The notes under the pieces were generated by a model. That model did no database searches. It was given only the letters and a program-made list of their open reading frames with translations, and was not told where the DNA came from. This document shows, piece by piece, positions 57,083-64,000 of a DNA stretch of 64,000 nt. Location of the stretch: contig CM022667.1 in NCBI GenBank assembly GCA_012295275.1, positions 16,058,001 through 16,122,000 of the forward strand. Direction: 5' to 3'. The position numbers and the translations under genes are program-made. Numbering within the stretch: the stretch's first letter is position 1; the number at the start of each line of letters is the position of its first letter. The stretch comes from Chrysomallon squamiferum (Eukaryota; Animalia; Mollusca).

Positions 57083-57670
57083 TTGAATTGATCTTTCCGA
57101 GGTTACAAACATAGATGAAATCATTCACGGACAATAAACCTAATTGCATAGAGATAAACGTACTTAAAGGGGAAAAGGAAACAAGAGTCTTTGATTTTTC
57201 TTTTCCTTTTTCACGCGATCAATATATTGAATGTTTCAACTAGATAAAAGATGGAGCAAATAGAATAAGACACCGATGAACATACGCAGAAGAAGATCGG
57301 CTATGTAAGACCATTGTTCTAAAATAACAACAGACAGCAGTCAAAGTAGGCGGCATTCCTTTCGAAGGTACCATACCGAAACAAGAAAATGTGAAGAAGA
57401 ACAGTTTCAATGACGTGTGCCATTTTGAAAACATATTGTCAATGTATTGAATTTAAAGCATATTTCTATTTACTAAAGACGTAATGTACTGGTTTATGCC
57501 TGTTTGTGTGCCTCCCATATATATATATATATATATATTTAGATACATAAATGCAAACAAAACAAACATGTTAATTGCACAAGACACACACACACATACA
57601 CACACACCAACAGACAGACATACAACACACACACAGACTATTAATAAATACTTTCACAATATATATATAT

Positions 57671-57803
57671 GTGTGTGTGTGTGTGTCTGCAATTAACTTG
57701 TTGTTTTTTTGTTATAGGTATGTATCTCTTTATATTCTACAATAAGCATTAATTGGTTTAGACTTTTAAAAGTGATGGATATGAACGTTCTATTGAGACT
57801 ATA

Positions 57804-57834
<31 letters not shown>

Positions 57835-58192
57835 GTTGTTGTTGTTGTTGTGGTTGTTGTTTTTTGCTATTTTAATTTTACAGTTAGATCTCACAGAAAT
57901 AATAGTAAAAAAAAAAATATATATATATATATAGATAGATAGATAGACAGACAGATATATATATATGGATGGATGGATGAATGGAGATATATATATATAT
58001 ATATATATTAATTATACATATATGTTTATAAATAAATATATAAATATGTATAAATGTATGTATGTATGTATGCATATATGTGTATATGTATGTATGTATG
58101 TATGTATGTATATATCTATACTGTGTATAATTATGATGCTATTAATAAATTCTCTTTCATCATTATTTTAACGATATTTGCTGAATTGTATC

Positions 58193-58255
<63 letters not shown>

Positions 58256-59003
58256 GATTATTTATTTATTTATTTATTTTATTAATATCGATCATTACCA
58301 GTAACCTGCAGCATCCGGTAATATGTTTTCTCTTCGACGGATCATATTTCTTTTGTTGTCTTCATATTTTCTTCATGAATGAAAGAGAACTACATTAACA
58401 TTCATAAACTCATCTGTCACCGTGGTACAAAAGATGAATGACAAATATTGTTCTGGTTTCGTTCATCTTGGGTAATTAATATTTTAAATCAGTCATATAG
58501 GGCTCATTTTGTTAAGCATGGTTAGAGATCGGAACAGCATGGGGTGATGGAGAAAGGAACTTGGCTTAGCTGTATTTTAGTTCTTATTTTTCTCCTAGCA
58601 AGAAGTTTTGCGAATTTTTGCAAGAAGGAAAAAATATATAATGCTGTTTTGTGAAATCCATATTTAAATAATTATTAATGTGTCTATATGTCTGTCTTGT
58701 AGCTCTAACTCTCTATGAGGATAGCTCTGTCTACCTGTATCTGTGTATGTGTTTCTTTATCTATATGAGTTTATATCAAATGTATGAAGAAACCAAGTAG
58801 AAAATAATGAATGAAAAAAACCCAAAACAAAACAAAACAAAATATAAAAAAATAAATAAACAAATAGGTAGAACACATTAAATAAACAAACAAACAAGCA
58901 AAGAAACAGGTAAATAACTAAATATTAAACAGGTAAATAGATAAATAAATAAATAAATAAGTAAGTAAGTAAGTAAATAAAAAAAACCCCAAAACCCCCA
59001 AAA

Positions 59004-59071
<68 letters not shown>

Positions 59072-60377
59072 ATATTAATAATAATACTAAAAATAATAAT
59101 AATATCGTTCGTTAACTTGAACAATAACAGCACATCATAATGATGTATTTAAAATCACCACGGCTACATAATCTAGCTTACTTTTTCTGCTTACTTTGAT
59201 CAATATATTGTGTAAACTAATTGGATCAATATTCTCGATTTTGTGTGTGTTGCAAGTTGATAGAAGTAGAGCTCTCTAAATCAGAAACATCAAAGAGGAC
59301 GAGATGTAAAGTACTAGCATTTTGAACCATTGTCTAAAAATCAGATACACTTTGTTTTACGTGTTACTCCATTGTCTAAACGACTGACGGTTGGAAGATG
59401 GCTGTTTAAATTATGATAACCTTTTGCTCGATAGTTTAAGAAATATCGGCTGTTTGATATTTGTTAAAGTCATCGGCAGATTGGTATCTGATCATTATTT
59501 AGCATTCTACGCTCATCGGTAGGAGAATGCTTTCCTTATCCATTATTGTTTGAAAATAGTTTAACGTTGGTGTATTATTCCATTATTTTGTTCTAATTCA
59601 TAGATAATTAATAAATAGCTTTTTTGAATTATATCGGTCTTTGCCCTTATTTCAAATCATTAACTTTGTTTAAAATCGATTGGCTTGTTTCTGTATACAC
59701 TCACCCAATTAAATTGGCCTCAAGAACTAAACTCATCTGAATGTCAAACCAGATATTGGCTCTGTACTCGTTTCCATAAACTCATCGACAAACCAGATAT
59801 CAGCTTCTTGCTGCAGTGTCTTTCATAAATGACCCTAGTTCCTGAAATCAGTTACCTTTCGGATTATAGTCGGATGTAAAAGTCAACACATTATTTGAAT
59901 GGAAAGAAGAGAACATATGTTTTAACATTCTGGGCTTTCGTCAATATGCGAAGGATTAAAATGCCGTCGATCGTATTACAACATTAACCGGATTAATATT
60001 TAAAAAGGATTTTTTTTATACACGTTTTCCAATATCCAATAATGACTTTTGGAATCTGACAGACCAGTATTTATTAAGTTACAGATACGTCAGTAACGTT
60101 ATTACTGTTGTTACACGCAATGGGAATGAAGTTCTATGTATCGTGTCTTACAGTTGTCTGCATTTTTTCTTCAGGTAAGCCAAATTATATCATTCACAGA
60201 ACAGAAGAGAAAGCGTATCTATCTGTCTATCTATCTATCTATCTCTATATATAATTATTTAATTTTTTTTACTATTATTTCTGTGAGATCTAACTGTAAA
60301 ATTAATAGCAAAAAAAAAAAAAAAAAAGACAACAAAAAAAAAAAAAACAACAACAAAGTAATAATACAAACAGCAGC

Positions 60378-60471
<94 letters not shown>

Positions 60472-60615
60472 TATAGTCTCAATGGAACGTTCATATCCAT
60501 TAGTTTTAACAAGTCTAAACCAGTTAGTGCTTATTGTAGAACATAAAGAGATACATACCTGTGCAACACAAAAACAAACAACAAGTTAATTGTACAAGAC
60601 ACACACACACACACA
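57671..60615. repeat. Inverted repeat pair (57671-57958 and 60217-60615)
   Basis: Examples: AGGTATGTATCTCTTTAT.TTCTACAATAAGCA versus TGCTTATTGTAGAACATAAAGAGATACATACCT, and TTTTACAGTTAGATCTCACAGAAATAATAGT versus ACTATTATTTCTGTGAGATCTAACTGTAAAA. Confidence 0.9.
60120..60174 (+). CDS. Signal-peptide exon of a secreted sushi/CCP-domain protein (MGMKFYVSCLTVVCIFSS|V)
   Basis: ATG at 60120 (alternative 60126), a basic residue then a hydrophobic core, ending TCA-G|GTAAGC (phase 1). It splices in frame to 62817, giving ...FSSVHLQCPEP. Confidence 0.72.
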
Positions 60616-60650
60616 CATACACACACAGAGACAGACAGACACACACACAT

Positions 60651-61073
60651 ACCCTCGATTTAACGGACTAACAGTGGGAGCACCAGTCCGGAAAATGCAA
60701 AAGACTGGAAAATCGAAAATGTAACATTAACCTTAACAATAATTACCAAAATAGTGAACTTTAATAGACATAACAGTTATATAATAATGTAAGAACAATA
60801 TGCAGACATAAAATAAATGTAACCAAATGTCACACGGTATATGACAAGAAATATTTTCAGTAGACAAATGTAGGCCAGGTTTGTTGAAGTTTGTTAGTTT
60901 TGGATGGACAAAAGATAACCTTTACGGATGGGTTAGACAGGGCTGCCAGATCATATAATAAATTAAAAGGAAATGTTTCCGATGGGAAATGGCGGAATGT
61001 ACAAGTTTTGTGTTTATCAAGGATAGGACCAGATTTCACGAAAACCGAGATTTGTCAAATCGAAGGTCAACAG
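60651..61073. mobile_element. pogo/Tigger-type MITE in intron 1 of the sushi gene
   Basis: Left ACCCTCGATTT (outer bases lost) and right AAATCGAAGGTCAACAG|TA are imperfect terminal inverted repeats. Confidence 0.6.
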
Positions 61074-61530
61074 TAGATATATGTGTGTATGTGTGTGTGT
61101 GTGTGTGTGTATGTGTGTGTATAAAGGAAAAATATTGTACTTTTTCTGAACAGACAGTATAGATATATATACAGGCAGACAGATAGATATATATATATAT
61201 ATATAGACAGACAGACGTATAGAAAGATATATATATATATACACATATATAGAGACAGACGATAACTAGCCTGACAGATATATTTCTATATGTCTGACTG
61301 TCTACCTACCAACTTAGCTATCTATCTGTCTGCCTGTCTGGCTATCTAGTTATCTTCTATCTGTATATATATATATATATATATATATCTTTCTATATGT
61401 CTGACTGTCTACCTATCTACGTAGATATCTATCTGTCTGCCTGTCTGGCTTTCTACCTATCTTCTGTCTGTTCAGACAAAGTACAATATTTTTCCTTTAT
61501 ACACCCGCACACACACACACACACACACAC

Positions 61531-61576
<46 letters not shown>

Positions 61577-61596
61577 CGACTGTTGACCTTCGATTT
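61057..61596. repeat. Fold-back inverted duplication (arms 61057-61190 and 61425-61596)
   Basis: AAATCGAAGGTCAACAGT...GTATAAAGGAAAAATATTGTACTTT is mirrored by AAAGTACAATATTTTTCCTTTATAC...ACTGTTGACCTTCGATTT. Confidence 0.88.
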
Positions 61597-62432
61597 CGCG
61601 AATATATACCACATAGATAGATAGATAGATAGATAGAGAAATAGATAGATAGGTAAGTAATTAGATAGGTAGATATATATTTACATAGATCGATAAACAG
61701 ATACATAGATACACAGACAAACAGAAAGATAGCTAGATACATAAATATATAGGTATTTATAGATAGATAGATAGATAGACAGCAATTATGCAGGTAGAGT
61801 AGTATATATCTATATAGAAAGATAGACAGAAACACAGACATATACATATATATATACACATATACATAAATACATCCATCCATCCATCCATCCATCTATC
61901 CATCCATACATACATTACGAATGTATGTATGTATGTATATTTGCATGTATGTATGTGTGTGTATATATATGTAAACTCTGTATGTATATATGTATGTATG
62001 TATCTATGTAAACTATGTATACACACCATGGTGATCTATGTTAATCTATATTATAGTTATTATTTATTTATTTATATTTACTAACGATTTATATTAACTC
62101 GTATATATTATATATATGTATGTGTTTATATATATATATATATTGATATATTTTTTCGCATGACTAAGCCAAATGTCAGTGGAAATTATCTTCATCAATG
62201 GTGTAACACTGTATTTCTGTTAAAAAATGTGCACTCGATAAAAACTTTCCTGCGGGCGTTTCGGTTCAGTTAGTTAAAAGAAGTCCAACGATTTTTAGTT
62301 CTCAATTGTTTTCGATTTATCTCACGTTTATTTTGTAATGATGTTTATTTATTTTGTAATGATGTAATAATATGATATGGATTTCAGGTACAACGCAATA
62401 CAAAAACAAAGAACAAGTTAACTGTAGGAGAG

Positions 62433-62483
<51 letters not shown>

Positions 62484-62594
62484 TACACAAACATACACAC
62501 ATACACACATACACACATACACACACACACACACATACACACACACACAGATGCATCTATCCATCCGTCTGTCCATCCGTCTATCCATCTATCC

Positions 62595-62719
<125 letters not shown>

Positions 62720-62816
62720 CCTATCAGTCTATCTACCTTTTAAATTAGACTAACTGACACATTATTAGGCACAGTGATTAATTATTAAATTTCTTTTCTT
62801 TCTTCTTAACTTTCAG

Positions 62817-62999
62817 TTCATCTTCAGTGTCCAGAACCAGCACCTGTTGCTAATGCATACCGTGTCTGGGAAGAAGGATTAAACGGAAGTGATGTCACTT
62901 ACATTTGTCTGTTCGGTTACAGGCACACTTCCGGTGACCTTGTCCGCCACTGTGACGGTCCTAGTGGAAACTATTCAGGCACAGAACCGGTTTGTGCAC
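62817..62999 (+). CDS. Sushi/CCP domain exon 1 (HLQCPEPAPVANAYRVWEEGLNGSDVTYICLFGYRHTSGDLVRHCDGPSGNYSGTEPVCA)
   Basis: Polypyrimidine tract and TTTCAG acceptor, 183-bp phase 1-1 exon, donor C|GTAAGT. Four Cys in sushi spacing (C-P-P...V-Y-C..GY...C...P-C). Absent from the ORF track. Confidence 0.88.
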
Positions 63000-63172
63000 G
63001 TAAGTTAATTGAGGTTTGTGTGTCGTTACATAACTATAAATCTCTTTATCGTTCTGTGTGTTTATCTATCAGCATATATATATATATATATGTATATACA
63101 TATGCACTATATATTATTAGTATTGTATACATATGCACTATATATTATTAGTATTGTATATTTTGTTGACAG

Positions 63173-63352
63173 TTGATTGTGATAAACCGGCAGAGGTCGT
63201 AGGAGCCAGCTATGTTCTAAAATCGGGAACTGGAGAAGGAAAAAAGGTTACCTATAACTGCGACAGCAACTACGACAAGTTTGCCAATGACAACAAAAGA
63301 ACTTGCAGAGCGTATAACGGACGGTGGTATCCGCAGCCACTGGTTTGTTCAG
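63173..63352 (+). CDS. Sushi/CCP domain exon 2 (DCDKPAEVVGASYVLKSGTGEGKKVTYNCDSNYDKFANDNKRTCRAYNGRWYPQPLVCS); the gene continues beyond the window
   Basis: Acceptor TTGACAG, 180-bp phase 1-1 exon, donor G|GTAACC. Four Cys, VTYNC and G-W..P-C sushi motifs. Confidence 0.88.
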
Positions 63353-63357
63353 GTAAC

Positions 63358-63451
63358 CACTACTACCACTACTACTACTACTGCTATTACTACTGCTACC
63401 ACTACTACTACTACCACTACTACTACTACTACTACCACTACTACTACTACT

Positions 63452-63485
<34 letters not shown>

Positions 63486-63552
63486 CACTACTACTACTAC
63501 TCTACTACTCCACCTCCTACTATTACTACTACTACTACTACTACTATTATTA
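63358..63552. repeat. (TAC/CAC)n trinucleotide microsatellite just after the sushi exon 2 donor
   Basis: Seen directly. Similar (CTA)n/(TAG)n tracts are at 60-310, 21650-21785, 44320-44600 and 59004-59070. Confidence 0.95.
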
Positions 63553-63852
63553 TAAAATAAATAAAATTAAAAAACCTGAAGAGAAAGAACAAATTCAAAT
63601 AAGCAAAGTCCGTATCTTTATACTAATTATTCTGAGTCAACTGACAATACACTCGACACAGCAATAACTGTCACATTTAATCAATATGATAGAATTACGA
63701 CACCTTCTTGCTGCCACCATGTTTTCATCTTCCAGTGAAAAGACTTAAAATAACTGCTTCCTTTTCCGGAAAGTAGCGGAAATTACCATATTTTCTCGAC
63801 TTACTCAGATACGTATATTGTATTAGTGAAGTCTCGTGTAACTGTAATAGAC

Positions 63853-63890
<38 letters not shown>

Positions 63891-64000
63891 GATATTGTTA
63901 TTTTGTCGATCAATATTTCCATACATTTTCGTGCACATTCATTTTACAATTACATTTTCTTCCAAACGAGTTAAATTAAATTAAAACATGTAGGAAAGAC

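Noticed and set aside
57340-57385. Hammerhead-like motif (GGTA-cca-TACC-GAAAC), a possible Penelope end
   Set aside because: The CUGANGA core is replaced by CTTTCGA and stems I and III do not form, so it is at best a dead relic.
60136-60546. 136-aa ORF from ATG 60136
   Set aside because: It is in the wrong frame for splicing to the sushi exons and reads into intronic repeats. The frame from 60120 gives the signal peptide.

Overview
This is AT-rich, microsatellite-saturated animal genomic DNA, probably molluscan (inferred from SINE and repeat character, not proven). Almost all ORFs in the supplied track are simple-repeat artefacts. I can support three genes. (1) A complete two-exon class A GPCR on the minus strand: coding exons 42080-41741 and 14646-13760, a 27,094-bp phase-1 intron, 408 aa. 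It most resembles the ecdysis-triggering hormone receptor (ETHR) branch of PRXamide-type receptors. (2) A stand-alone U3 snoRNA gene on the plus strand (49803-50022) with boxes A/A', C', B, C and D but a variant GAC box. (3) The 5' part of a secreted sushi/CCP-domain gene on the plus strand: signal-peptide exon 60120-60174 and sushi exons 62817-62999 and 63173-63352, continuing past the window. The rest is intron or intergenic DNA containing a hAT MITE with an 8-bp TSD, a 5'-truncated LINE with an 11-bp TSD, Tigger, mariner and L2 remnants, SINEs and a 22-bp minisatellite with higher-order structure. There are also several local rearrangements, including inverted repeats that bracket the promoter and first exon of the sushi gene. 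I found no CRISPR array and no clearly new multi-gene system. The best leads are the divergent ETHR-like receptor, the U3 variant and the inverted-repeat-flanked first exon.
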